IMG/VR virus record: IMGVR_UViG_3300037420_000316
Coordinates: 1-56,109 of that record
Reading direction: 5' to 3' (one strand)
Length of the DNA stretch: 56,109 bases
DNA from: a virus
Taxonomy: Duplodnaviria; Caudoviricetes
The translations under genes and the position numbers were made by a program. Below, one piece after another: positions 45,422 to 53,943 of the stretch (within the stretch, counting starts at the first letter, position 1; each line of letters opens with the position of its first letter). Below the pieces are notes generated by a model. It was not told the DNA's origin, did not search any database, and worked only from the letters and a program-made list of their open reading frames with translations.

Positions 45422-45801
45422 CAGGCGACTCCCTTCCAGGTCCTGCGGTGGACGATGTCCCCCACGGTGTTGTGGCGAACTCCGAACTCTCGAGCGAGCT
45501 GACTGGGGCGCTCGCCCTGGGCGTGCCGGGAACGGATCTCCCGCACGTTGTCCTCGGTCAGGATTGCGGGCCGGATCTTCGGCAGGCTCCGGTAGGCGGC
45601 TCTCGCCTCCTCGAACATGCCGGCGAGCACCTGCTCGTGGGTGTAGTCGGCGTAGGGCCTGTCAGCGGCCACGAACAGCGTCTCCAGCCACACCCGGACC
45701 CCGGCCCGGTCGGCGAACTCGCCGTTGCTCAGCATCTCCTCGAGCAGGTCCCAGTCGAGGATCTCCTCGATCCCGCTGGTGAACTCCTCTTCCTGCATCA
45801 C
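45421..45801 (-). CDS. HTH DNA-binding protein
   Basis: LTEDNVREIR..PSQLAREFGV..NTVGDIV.RRTWK. Confidence 0.72.
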   Translation of the reverse strand: MMQEEEFTSGIEEILDWDLLEEMLSNGEFADRAGVRVWLETLFVAADRPYADYTHEQVLAGMFEEARAAYRSLPKIRPAILTEDNVREIRSRHAQGERPSQLAREFGVRHNTVGDIVHRRTWKGVA

Positions 45802-45876
45802 GTTGTCTGCGCCCGGACGAGCAAGCGTCCCGAGAAGCCGCAGGGTTCCTTCGATGTTGATGGTCGTTCTCCCCTC

Positions 45877-47367
45877 TCAGTTACCCAGCAGGTGCTGGGT
45901 GAGTGCCTTCTGGAGCAGCGGAGGGACGGCGTTGCCGACCTGCTCGTGCTGCTTGGTCTTCGTGCCCTGCCACGGGTAGTCCGGGGCGAAGGACTGAAGG
46001 ACTCCTGCCTCCTCGACGGAGACGCGGATGCCGTCGTTGCGGCTCTTGGTGCTGCCGTTGAAGCGGTTGGCGTTGGCACCGGGCATGGTCACCAGACCAC
46101 GACCAGCGATCACGGGAGCCGGCCTGTCCATCGGCCAGCCGAGGTCGAACTCCGTGCCGCTCTGGTTGTTCACCCGCGGCTCGACCTCCTTGATGAGCTC
46201 CTCCCGGTTGACCCACCGGAAGTTCCCGTTGTCCATCGAGGCGGTGAGCGTCGGCGAGGGGGCGTCGACCGGACGGACGCAGCCGTTCTTGTTCCGCACG
46301 TCGCCCATGTGGGTGACCTCGTTGCCCTCGCGGTCGTGGATCTTCCACGCCTTCGTGTTGCCGGTGACGGTCGGAGCGGGCAGGTCGCAGTCGCGCTGCT
46401 GCTTGACGACGTTGCCCTCGGCGTCCTCCCACTGTTGGCCCGTCTCGACGTAGAGGTTCCCGAACATCTGGCTGTCGCGCAGCGGGTGGTCCTCGGGCTG
46501 GTCGATCCACCGACCCTCGGCACGCTCCTTCGCGATGGTCTTTCGGGAGCCAGAGCCGCCGATGACCTGCGGGTCCGTTCCGCCAGCCCCGCAGCCGGGG
46601 GCAACGGTCGGGTACGGACGGTGCGTCATGCCCCACTGAAGGGCCTCGGCCATGCTGACCCACGGAGCCACGTCCGGGTCCAGCTTCTCGGGAGAGCGGG
46701 TGTGGTACTTGGAGTGCGTCGGGACCGGAGCGGTGACCTCGCCCTCGATCGAGGCCAGGAGGATCGCTCGCTTGCGGGTCTGCGGCACGCCGAACTGCTC
46801 GGCCTGCACGTTGCCGGTCCACACGGAGTAGCCCCACGACTCGAGGACCTCCGCGATGGCCTCCCAGATCGGGAGCGCCGCGGGGACCTGCTCGAGCATC
46901 ACGTACTCGGGGGTCAGGTCGAAGATCCAGCGCATGACCTCGAAGGTCAGCGGCGACCGCTCGTCGGAGGCGTCGGCCTCGAGCGTGTCCATGAGCGACG
47001 GGATGAGGTCTCGGGCCTCGCCCCACGTCGTCGCCAGGCCGGAAGCCTGCGAGAGGGCCTGCACGGCGTTGAGCAGCGACTCGAGGTCCTCGCGGCCCTT
47101 GCCCTTGCCGGCGTTGGAGAGACCCTGGCACGGCGGGCTGCCCTGAACCAGCGTCTTCAGGTAGGCGAGAAGGAACTCCTCCCTGACCAACAGGGGGTCG
47201 AGCAGGCGAACGTCCTGATGGATGACGGTGTGTCCTGCGGCTCGAGCGGTGGCGACAGCAGCATCGTCCCACTCGACAGACACGACGCGGCTGACGCCTG
47301 CCTGCTTGATGCCCGTAGCGCTTCCTCCGGGGCCACCGAAGAGCGTGAGGGCTTGGATCTCGGTCAT
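45877..47367 (-). CDS. DNA cytosine-C5 methyltransferase
   Basis: LFGGPGG (I), GSPPCQ (IV), LEQV (VI variant), PQTRKRAIL (VIII), LQSF (IX), QVGNAVPP (X). Confidence 0.9.
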   Translation of the reverse strand: MTEIQALTLFGGPGGSATGIKQAGVSRVVSVEWDDAAVATARAAGHTVIHQDVRLLDPLLVREEFLLAYLKTLVQGSPPCQGLSNAGKGKGREDLESLLNAVQALSQASGLATTWGEARDLIPSLMDTLEADASDERSPLTFEVMRWIFDLTPEYVMLEQVPAALPIWEAIAEVLESWGYSVWTGNVQAEQFGVPQTRKRAILLASIEGEVTAPVPTHSKYHTRSPEKLDPDVAPWVSMAEALQWGMTHRPYPTVAPGCGAGGTDPQVIGGSGSRKTIAKERAEGRWIDQPEDHPLRDSQMFGNLYVETGQQWEDAEGNVVKQQRDCDLPAPTVTGNTKAWKIHDREGNEVTHMGDVRNKNGCVRPVDAPSPTLTASMDNGNFRWVNREELIKEVEPRVNNQSGTEFDLGWPMDRPAPVIAGRGLVTMPGANANRFNGSTKSRNDGIRVSVEEAGVLQSFAPDYPWQGTKTKQHEQVGNAVPPLLQKALTQHLLGN

Positions 47368-47439
47368 GTACTTCCTCTCAGTTGCCCATCCGGGCGAAGA
47401 AGGAGGCGGGTGTTTCAGCTTGAAACACCCGCCTCGTCT

Positions 47440-47658
47440 CTACTTGGTCAGGGTGGTCTGCATCGTGTGATTGAACGGTGAGGCCATGAACGCCTCGCGG
47501 ACCGTCTCTACGTCTCGCTCGACCTGCGGCTCCGGGTGGCCGGCAAGGTAGTCCTGCTCCATCTCCCACGGCAGGTTCACGAGGTCGACCTCGACCTCCA
47601 CCCTGCCGTCATCGGAGACGGAGACCGTCGCCTTGGGACGCACTTCGTACTTGCGCAT
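47440..47658 (-). CDS. Hypothetical protein
   Basis: AAGGA RBS; downstream of promoter at 47694-47722. Confidence 0.6.
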   Translation of the reverse strand: MRKYEVRPKATVSVSDDGRVEVEVDLVNLPWEMEQDYLAGHPEPQVERDVETVREAFMASPFNHTMQTTLTK

Positions 47659-47693
47659 CGGTGATCCTTCCTTCGTGGTGGCTGGCGTCGCCA

Positions 47694-47722
47694 AGCCTAT
47701 CAGTTACACACCGAGGTCGCAA
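47694..47722 (-). promoter_or_regulatory. Sigma70-type promoter with operator in the spacer
   Basis: TTGCGA-17 nt-TAGGCT; 15-bp motif at 47697-47711. Confidence 0.6.
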
Positions 47723-47723
47723 C

Positions 47724-48584
47724 CTACTCCACCGGCTGGACGGCGACCTGGGTGACCTCGTACCGGAGGATGTCGTTGGCCTCGAGGTGGTCGCTGAAAC
47801 CGAAGCCGATGTTGGGCGAGCTGATCTCGGCGTGGTCGGAGATCGCCTTCTGCACATCGGTCAGCGTCCGGCCAGCACTCCCGCCCACCACGCGCACGGT
47901 GGCCTCGACCTCAACCATGAAGATCGCCCGCACCTCCTCGAACACCGGCTCCAGCTCGAGGCGGCGCAGCAGGTCGTTGATGTCCTCACTGTCGACCAGG
48001 TACTCCTCAGCCCATCCGATGATCTCTTCGCGCAGCGCGGCCTCGTTGCGGGTCAGGTCGGTGATCTGGCCGTTCAAGAGGACCGTCTCCCGCTGGAGCG
48101 ACTCGGTGTCAGCCCGAAGCGCGGCGCAGCGACGGACCTCCTCCGACTCGCTGGCATGCGCCCGCTCGACCTCGTTGGTCAGCGCCACGATCCGGTCGTC
48201 CTTGCGGGCCACGATGGCGACGTGCTGGGCGACGGACATGAGCTCGCCGTTCGTGCCGAGCGGGACCGGCTCGTCGGGCCACTCGTTCAGCGAGGCGGGG
48301 AGGTAGGGGGCGGGGTCGGCGGTCTCGGTCATGGTGCTCTCCTCTTCGGTGGTGGTGGTGATGGCGTTGACGAGGCTCTCCTTCTCGAAGAGCCACATGG
48401 GGCCGTGGTCTCGCGACTCGCTGATGACGACCTGGCCGTTCACCATGCGCCAGAGGGCGATGCCGCCTCCGCACTCGGGGCACGTGCCGTCCTGGTCGTT
48501 CCAGATCTCGAGCGTCGTCGTGTCGTCGGCCTTGTGGCCGCAGGCGATGCAGACGGCGAAGTGGATGCCGTGGTACGTGGTCAT
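47724..48584 (-). CDS. Hypothetical protein (Zn-ribbon N-terminus, coiled coil)
   Basis: CIAC...CPEC; GAGGAG RBS; possible internal start MTETAD. Confidence 0.65.
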   Translation of the reverse strand: MTTYHGIHFAVCIACGHKADDTTTLEIWNDQDGTCPECGGGIALWRMVNGQVVISESRDHGPMWLFEKESLVNAITTTTEEESTMTETADPAPYLPASLNEWPDEPVPLGTNGELMSVAQHVAIVARKDDRIVALTNEVERAHASESEEVRRCAALRADTESLQRETVLLNGQITDLTRNEAALREEIIGWAEEYLVDSEDINDLLRRLELEPVFEEVRAIFMVEVEATVRVVGGSAGRTLTDVQKAISDHAEISSPNIGFGFSDHLEANDILRYEVTQVAVQPVE

Positions 48585-48613
48585 GTCAGTCTCCTCTCAG
48601 TTGCCTACCCGGC

Positions 48614-49435
48614 TCAGGCGATCTGCTCGAGCGGGTCGGGCTGGTTCGGCACGCGGCGGATCTCGACCTCGTAGGCGCTGGCGTAGACGCCGGCCACCTC
48701 GTCCCAGCCGTAGCCGAACGCGCCCTTGTCAGTGGTGAGCTCGTCGCGCTTCAGCCGCAGGACCCCCTCGAGCTGGTGCTCGCAGTAGCCGTCGCCCATG
48801 TAGGGGTTCCCGATGTAGAGGAACGGGTTGACGATCTCCACGAAGTCGTCGTTCATCGTGTCGTAGAGGTCGGACGGGCTGACGGCGTAGACGACCTGGA
48901 CGTTGGCACAGAAGCCGGGGTGGACGACCTCGGCGAGCGTGTCCTGCACGGCCTTAATGTTCGCCTCGGTGTTCTCGAGGCCGAGGATGTCGAGCACCTC
49001 TCCGAGGCCGGCGTCGTGGTCGATGTCTCCGAACAGGTGGCGCATGAGCACCATGCCGGTGGAGCCGGCGAGGTCGCGGATCGGGTTGGAGGTGTCGCGG
49101 TCCTCGATGGCGAAGCGCAGCTCGTCGTAGAAGTCCGTGCTCTCGAACGCCTCGCGGACAGCCTCGGCGATCTCGTAGCCATGAACCTCGGTCCACTCGC
49201 GCTCGGTCTGCTCCATGACCTCCTTGCGGTGGTAGTCCGCGCCCTCGTAGCGGGTCTCGTCCAGCCACTCCTCGAGCGACTCGTCCAGCGCCTCCCAGTC
49301 CTTGCCGGCGAGGGCGTCGACCTGCTCGTCGGTGAGGCCGTCGCGGTAGTCGACGTGGACCAGCTCGTACGAGCGGTCGAGGTTGGCCTTGCAGTCGTTG
49401 TAGAAGGTGGCGCGAAGGTCGGTGGTGTCGGTCAT
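48614..49435 (-). CDS. Acidic hypothetical protein
   Basis: 273 aa, Asp/Glu-rich; AAGGAG RBS after palindrome at 49460. Confidence 0.75.
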   Translation of the reverse strand: MTDTTDLRATFYNDCKANLDRSYELVHVDYRDGLTDEQVDALAGKDWEALDESLEEWLDETRYEGADYHRKEVMEQTEREWTEVHGYEIAEAVREAFESTDFYDELRFAIEDRDTSNPIRDLAGSTGMVLMRHLFGDIDHDAGLGEVLDILGLENTEANIKAVQDTLAEVVHPGFCANVQVVYAVSPSDLYDTMNDDFVEIVNPFLYIGNPYMGDGYCEHQLEGVLRLKRDELTTDKGAFGYGWDEVAGVYASAYEVEIRRVPNQPDPLEQIA

Positions 49436-49508
49436 GGCGTGCTCCTTGGAGGGTGGTGAGTGTTTCGTGTTGAAACACTGGGTGGTGGTGGTGGTGGTGG
49501 TCGAACCA

Positions 49509-49538
49509 ATCGTATCTCAGTTACACACCGAGTGGCAA
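49509..49538 (-). promoter_or_regulatory. Sigma70-type promoter with operator in the spacer
   Basis: TTGCCA-18 nt-TACGAT; 15-bp motif at 49514-49528. Confidence 0.65.
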
Positions 49539-49581
49539 ACTGAGTGGTGCCCCGAATCTTCCCCAAGCTTCAGGGCACCAC

Positions 49582-49647
49582 TGGTGCCTGCTGACGGACT
49601 CGAACCGTCACGGATGCACCCCACATGCATCCGGCTCCAGCACAGGC
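49582..49647 (-). ncRNA. D-arm-less tRNA-like RNA ending in ACCA
   Basis: GCCTGT-GCTGGAGC-CGGATGCA-TGTGGGG-TGCATCCG-TGACGG-TTCGAGT-CCGTCA-GCAGGC-A-CCA. Confidence 0.72.
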
Positions 49648-49652
49648 TCCGC

Positions 49653-50204
49653 TCAGTAGCGGAGGATCTTGCCGTAGAGGCTCACGAAGGAGGTACCGAA
49701 GCCGTTACCCCTTCTCCTGGCGTCCCAGAAGCAATGCTTCGAGTCCTCCTGGCGGCAGGGAGCGAGCAGGAACGCCGCCCCGTTGTTGAACTCGGCGTAG
49801 AGCCGGTCCCCGCCCCTGCCCAGCGTGCGAGTCAGTGCCGGCGTCGACACCGGGTGGTCGGCGCAGCGGATGCGCACGGACCCGTTGCCGTATCTCCTGC
49901 CGGCGCAGGTCTGGGCCGGCTGGTTGAGGTCACCCTCGTCGCCGTGCTCAGGGATCGACGGCTGGTTGCAGGGGGCCTGCGGGAGCTGGCCGCACTGGGG
50001 GTGGTGCTCGAGGCTCGGCAGTCCCGGCTGGGTCGGCAGCGTGGGCACGTCGGCGCACTGGCTCGGGTCGACCTGCGAGTGCCGCTCACAGTCGCTTCCC
50101 CCGTCGCCGGGGTCGTCGGCGTACGCCGCAGGCGTCTGGCCGAGAGCCAGGGTGGTGAACAGTGCTCCGAGGAGCACGGTGAGCAACTTGGTGGTGATCT
50201 TCAC
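49653..50204 (-). CDS. Secreted/surface protein (signal peptide, Pro/Cys-rich)
   Basis: MKITTKLLTVLLGALFTTLALG..AYA; PCRQEDSKHCFWDA..GNG.G.SFV. Confidence 0.7.
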   Translation of the reverse strand: MKITTKLLTVLLGALFTTLALGQTPAAYADDPGDGGSDCERHSQVDPSQCADVPTLPTQPGLPSLEHHPQCGQLPQAPCNQPSIPEHGDEGDLNQPAQTCAGRRYGNGSVRIRCADHPVSTPALTRTLGRGGDRLYAEFNNGAAFLLAPCRQEDSKHCFWDARRRGNGFGTSFVSLYGKILRY

Positions 50205-50242
50205 GTTGACACTTCCTCTCAGTTAGCTTTGCTGTGGTAGTT

Positions 50243-50359
50243 CTACTTGGTGGGCGGCTCGGCGTCCAGGTTTCGCTCAGACTCGAGCAGGAGCGCCGAG
50301 ACCAGGACGAGCAGGACGGTGGCGAGCGTCAGTACGCCGATGATGAAGCCCGAGCTCAT
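50243..50359 (-). CDS. Small membrane peptide (38 aa)
   Basis: MSSGFIIGVLTLATVLLVLVSALLL; ATGA overlap. Confidence 0.5.
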   Translation of the reverse strand: MSSGFIIGVLTLATVLLVLVSALLLESERNLDAEPPTK

Positions 50360-50607
50360 GCGGGACGCTCCCGGTCGAGGCAGGTGGCCTCATGCCATGC
50401 GACCAGCTCGCGCCACTGGGCCGGCGAGCAGGGCCTCTCGATCACCTGGCCCACGGCGTCGTGCCAGTACCAGAGCACCTCGTCGGCCTCGTCGTACTCG
50501 TACTCCATCCCGCAACCGAACTCGGCACCGTCCTCGGCGTCCTCGTAGCAGTGGGCGTAGGTGAGGGTCTCGATCTCCTCGTCCGGGTGGGTAAACACGG
50601 CTACCAC
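50356..50607 (-). CDS. Acidic hypothetical protein
   Basis: 83-aa ORF overlapping the upstream stop. Confidence 0.6.
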   Translation of the reverse strand: MVAVFTHPDEEIETLTYAHCYEDAEDGAEFGCGMEYEYDEADEVLWYWHDAVGQVIERPCSPAQWRELVAWHEATCLDRERPA

Positions 50608-51026
50608 CTCTCCACGAGGTCGGCCACGTCGGAGCTGACTGCGCGCAGGCCCCAGAGCGCCTTCTTGAGGTTGCCCTCGTGCTCGTCGGCCACGGCCACG
50701 GTGGCGTCGTTGAGGTACTGCCGTGCCCGCTCGAGGGCCTCAGGGAGATCCAGGCTGCCCTCGAGGTCGTCCTCGTCCTCGGCGTCCGGGTCGATCAGGT
50801 CGTGCTCGGTGAGCTGGATGCCGCAGTTGCGGCACCAGATGTCTCCGACATAGACGGTGCCCTCGTCCTGCACCTCGTAGCTCTCCCCCGTGTACTCCAC
50901 GTCTGCCGTGGTGTCGCCGGCCTCACGGGTGAGGCGGACGGGGTACATGATCGAGGCAGCCTCGTCGGACCAGAGGTTGTCGCCGCTCCCGCAGCGGGGG
51001 CAAGCGAGCCGCGTGGTGGTGCTCAT
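50601..51026 (-). CDS. Zn-ribbon hypothetical protein
   Basis: CPRCGS...WCRNCG; AGGAG RBS after palindrome at 51043. Confidence 0.7.
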   Translation of the reverse strand: MSTTTRLACPRCGSGDNLWSDEAASIMYPVRLTREAGDTTADVEYTGESYEVQDEGTVYVGDIWCRNCGIQLTEHDLIDPDAEDEDDLEGSLDLPEALERARQYLNDATVAVADEHEGNLKKALWGLRAVSSDVADLVERW

Positions 51027-51112
51027 GTCGTGCTCCTGTCTGGTGTTTCAGGTTGAAACACTCGGTCTGGGGTGCGGGCCTCTCAGTTGCCCAAGAGGCC
51101 CGCACGAAGTTG

Positions 51113-51994
51113 TCAGTCGAACAGCGGGTCCATGCCGGCTCGGTTGGCGTCCTCGATCTCCGCGGCCCACTCCTCGAGCTCGGCCAGCGTGTAGTCGGAG
51201 TCCATGTAGAGCTGGCGCTCGCGGATGTGGTCCACGTCAACCTCGATGGTGACGTTATTGGTGTAGACCTCCCACTCGGCCTCGAAGAGGTCCATCATCC
51301 AGGGGCGCTCGCCGTAGGGGTCGAGCATCTTGGCGAAGAGGTACTCGATGCGGAACTCCCCGTCGTACTGGGCGTGCCACTCCGGGTCGTTGATCCGGCT
51401 CTCCACAAACGAGAGGAAGCCGTCGCACGAGCGGTAGTGCTGCTGCACCCACTCGTAGGCGTCGAACTCCGGGGTGAGGCGTCGGAGCGTCTCCGGGTGG
51501 ACAGTGAGCTCCATCTCGAAGCCGTCCGAGACGAAGTTGTAGTAGGCCGGCGACCACGAGTCCACGACCGTGCCCTCGAGGGCACCGAAGTCCTCGGACC
51601 AGTAGTGCTCGCCCTTCTCCTCGTCCCAGATCAACTCACGCTGCGGACTCGAGCCGATCTCGTTCCAGAGCTCCCCCACGATCCAGTCACAGAGCACCTC
51701 GGCGAAGTCGCGGACGATCTGCTTGTGGTCGTACGACCAGTTGAAGTCGTCGTACTCGAGGGTGACGCCGGCCTTGCTCGTCCCGAACTGGTCCTGGAAG
51801 TCCTCGTCGCTCATCTCGTTCTGGAAGTACTCCTGCTGCGAGTTGCACCAAGAGTCGCCGTTCACGAGCTGGTAGGTGTCGGGGCTGATGTTGTAGGCCC
51901 GCCAGTTGCTCGGAATGATCTTGAGCGTGACGGTGCCGTCCTCGTTGAGGCGGTCGGCGGCGTCGAACGGGGGAAGGTCAGTGATGGTGGTCAT
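51113..51994 (-). CDS. Acidic hypothetical protein
   Basis: 293 aa; WSPAYYNFVSD, SCDGFLSF; GAGG RBS after palindrome at 52014. Confidence 0.75.
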   Translation of the reverse strand: MTTITDLPPFDAADRLNEDGTVTLKIIPSNWRAYNISPDTYQLVNGDSWCNSQQEYFQNEMSDEDFQDQFGTSKAGVTLEYDDFNWSYDHKQIVRDFAEVLCDWIVGELWNEIGSSPQRELIWDEEKGEHYWSEDFGALEGTVVDSWSPAYYNFVSDGFEMELTVHPETLRRLTPEFDAYEWVQQHYRSCDGFLSFVESRINDPEWHAQYDGEFRIEYLFAKMLDPYGERPWMMDLFEAEWEVYTNNVTIEVDVDHIRERQLYMDSDYTLAELEEWAAEIEDANRAGMDPLFD

Positions 51995-52096
51995 CGTGCT
52001 ACCTCTCGGTTCGGTGTTTCAGGTTGAAACACTCGGTGGTGGTGGTCGGTGAAGCTGATGGATGAATCCTCTCACTTTGCCACGCGAGTGGCAACC

Positions 52097-52450
52097 TTAG
52101 AGGTTCGGCGGATTCAGCCAGACTCGCTCAGCCGGCCAGACCTCCTCGAGCTCGTAGAGGTGGGCCTCGAGCCAGCACGTCTCCGGGCTGTCGGAAGGGC
52201 ACGGGTAGGGCTTGAGTCCCTCGGGTGTGTGGACCTGGTGGTTCCCGAAGCACTCGAGGGCCTCGGCAGGCAGCTCGACACGCAGCAGTCGAACTCGAGC
52301 AGGGTCATTGCCAGCCCAGGCCGACTTCTCGGCCTCGAAGAGCTCGAGGGCGTCGTCGCGGCTAGGGAGCCACTGGAACCCCCCGCCGCCCTGCTCGTCG
52401 CCGTTCCAGTACACCCACGAGACGACGTAGATGGTCTCCACCTCGGTCAC
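52097..52450 (-). CDS. Hypothetical protein
   Basis: GTG start 52450 overlapping the upstream stop; GGGGFQW. Confidence 0.58.
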   Translation of the reverse strand: MTEVETIYVVSWVYWNGDEQGGGGFQWLPSRDDALELFEAEKSAWAGNDPARVRLLRVELPAEALECFGNHQVHTPEGLKPYPCPSDSPETCWLEAHLYELEEVWPAERVWLNPPNL

Positions 52451-52539
52451 TTCCCGTACTTCTGCCGGCGGACCTCGCGGCGGCGCAGCGTCTCGGCCTT
52501 GCCGTTGCGGCTGGACTTGTAGGTGGTGTGCTTCGCCAT
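52447..52539 (-). CDS. Small basic peptide (30 aa)
   Basis: MAKHTTYKSSRNGKAETLRRREVRRQKYGK; AGGAG RBS after palindrome at 52573. Confidence 0.55.
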   Translation of the reverse strand: MAKHTTYKSSRNGKAETLRRREVRRQKYGK

Positions 52540-52651
52540 GATCGGCTCCTGTTTCAGTGGTGGTGGGTAGTGGTGTTTCAGGTTGAAACACTCGGTCGGA
52601 CTGGCGACCGAACGCGATCCTCACAGTTACCCATGAGGGTCACGCAAAGCG

Positions 52652-52993
52652 TCAGTCCTCGTCCTCGTCGTGATCCAGCTCGTCCGGGTCACGGAGGATC
52701 GCGAGGATCAGGAGGTTGGCGTCCCTCGAGCCGAAGCCGCACCAGTCGGCCTCGCCCCAGTTGGCGTAGTGCGCCACGCCGCCGACCGGCTCGTTCTCGA
52801 ACCAGTACTCCCCGCTCTCGGCGTCCCCCATGTCCACCTGGACCTCGAAGTGGGGACCTCCCGTGCAGAACAGGATGTCGACGTACTTGCCGTTGATCTC
52901 GACACTCAGCGGGTCGTCCGACGTGAGGCCCTCTGGCCCCGTGTCCTCTGCCCGTTCGATGTAGCGGTCTAGGAACTCTCGTGCTTTGCTCAT
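52652..52993 (-). CDS. Acidic hypothetical protein (probably leaderless)
   Basis: LFCTGGPHFEV; ATG 6 nt after -10 TAGGCT. Confidence 0.7.
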   Translation of the reverse strand: MSKAREFLDRYIERAEDTGPEGLTSDDPLSVEINGKYVDILFCTGGPHFEVQVDMGDAESGEYWFENEPVGGVAHYANWGEADWCGFGSRDANLLILAILRDPDELDHDEDED

Positions 52994-52999
52994 GGCATA

Positions 53000-53029
53000 A
53001 GCCTACCTCTCAGTTGTTCACAGTGGCAA
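53000..53029 (-). promoter_or_regulatory. Sigma70-type promoter with operator in the spacer
   Basis: TTGCCA-18 nt-TAGGCT; 15-bp motif at 53007-53021. Confidence 0.65.
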
Positions 53030-53038
53030 GGTTAGAGG

Positions 53039-53335
53039 TCAGTCAACGTGTGCGAGGAACGTCCGCACGGCCTCAGCGCCCGACTCGTACTCGAGCACGA
53101 TCTGGTGGTCAGGGTCCTCGGCGTCATAGATGTGGACGACGACCACGCCGGCCTCGCTCCACGAGTCGTGACACTTCACGTACAGCTCGGTGCCGATGAA
53201 CGTGCCTGCCAGCACGATCATGCCGCCAGCGTGGTGCTCGGCGTACGGCGCAGCCCGGACAGCCGTGAGCGTGTCCTTGAGCGTGGCGGCAGTGTCGGGA
53301 TTCTGGGCGAGGAACCGCTCCATCATGGTGTCCAT
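53039..53335 (-). CDS. Hypothetical protein
   Basis: GGAGAGG RBS; EHHAGGM motif. Confidence 0.6.
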   Translation of the reverse strand: MDTMMERFLAQNPDTAATLKDTLTAVRAAPYAEHHAGGMIVLAGTFIGTELYVKCHDSWSEAGVVVVHIYDAEDPDHQIVLEYESGAEAVRTFLAHVD

Positions 53336-53943
53336 CACTCGCCCGCCTCTCCGAAGAGGATCACCGGGATCTCGAGAAACGTGTCTAGGGACTCGTCCTC
53401 GGAGTCGAAGAACCGGATCAGGGGCCGGCGCATGTCGTCCTGGTCGTAGCCGATGAACTCGTGGGCCGCGCCTTCCGGGGCGTCCGGGCCGACGACCGGC
53501 ATGAGCACCGCGGCGTAGCCACCAGCAGCATCCCAGACCTGCCCACCGAGATACCGGGCGAGGGCAAGCGTCTGGCCGTAGTAGTTCGGCTCCCATGACG
53601 GCTCGTCGTAGTCGTACTTGACCTGCTCCCAGAGCGGCTCCTGGCGGAACTGGTCGCAGTTGAAGCGCCCAGTGGCCGCGCCCATCGGCTCGAGGGCCTC
53701 GGGCCTGCCGTACCGCAGCCAGAGGTGGATCGCGTCCTGGAAGAGGACGACCTCCTCGAGGGCGAGGTCCATCGCGTCGTCGTCGCACATGCCGCCGTAG
53801 CAGTTGGCGTCCACGTAGTCGTGGAGCTTCGCGAAGTCGTCCACATCGGCAGGCACGATGCCGGCCTCGATGTCGTGCAGGATCTCGCTCTTGCCGCGCT
53901 GGATGCGGTCAGCGAGTTCGTTCAGGGTCATGCGGCGGTCCAT
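53335..53943 (-). CDS. Hypothetical protein
   Basis: GIVP..V.DF..LHDYVDAN.YGG; AAGGAG RBS after palindrome at 53969. Confidence 0.72.
   Translation of the reverse strand: MDRRMTLNELADRIQRGKSEILHDIEAGIVPADVDDFAKLHDYVDANCYGGMCDDDAMDLALEEVVLFQDAIHLWLRYGRPEALEPMGAATGRFNCDQFRQEPLWEQVKYDYDEPSWEPNYYGQTLALARYLGGQVWDAAGGYAAVLMPVVGPDAPEGAAHEFIGYDQDDMRRPLIRFFDSEDESLDTFLEIPVILFGEAGE

Noticed and set aside
49582-49647. tmRNA or canonical tRNA-Pro(TGG)
   Set aside because: No tag reading frame, pseudoknot region or G3.U70 pair; no D stem and no U33, so kept only as a tRNA-like RNA
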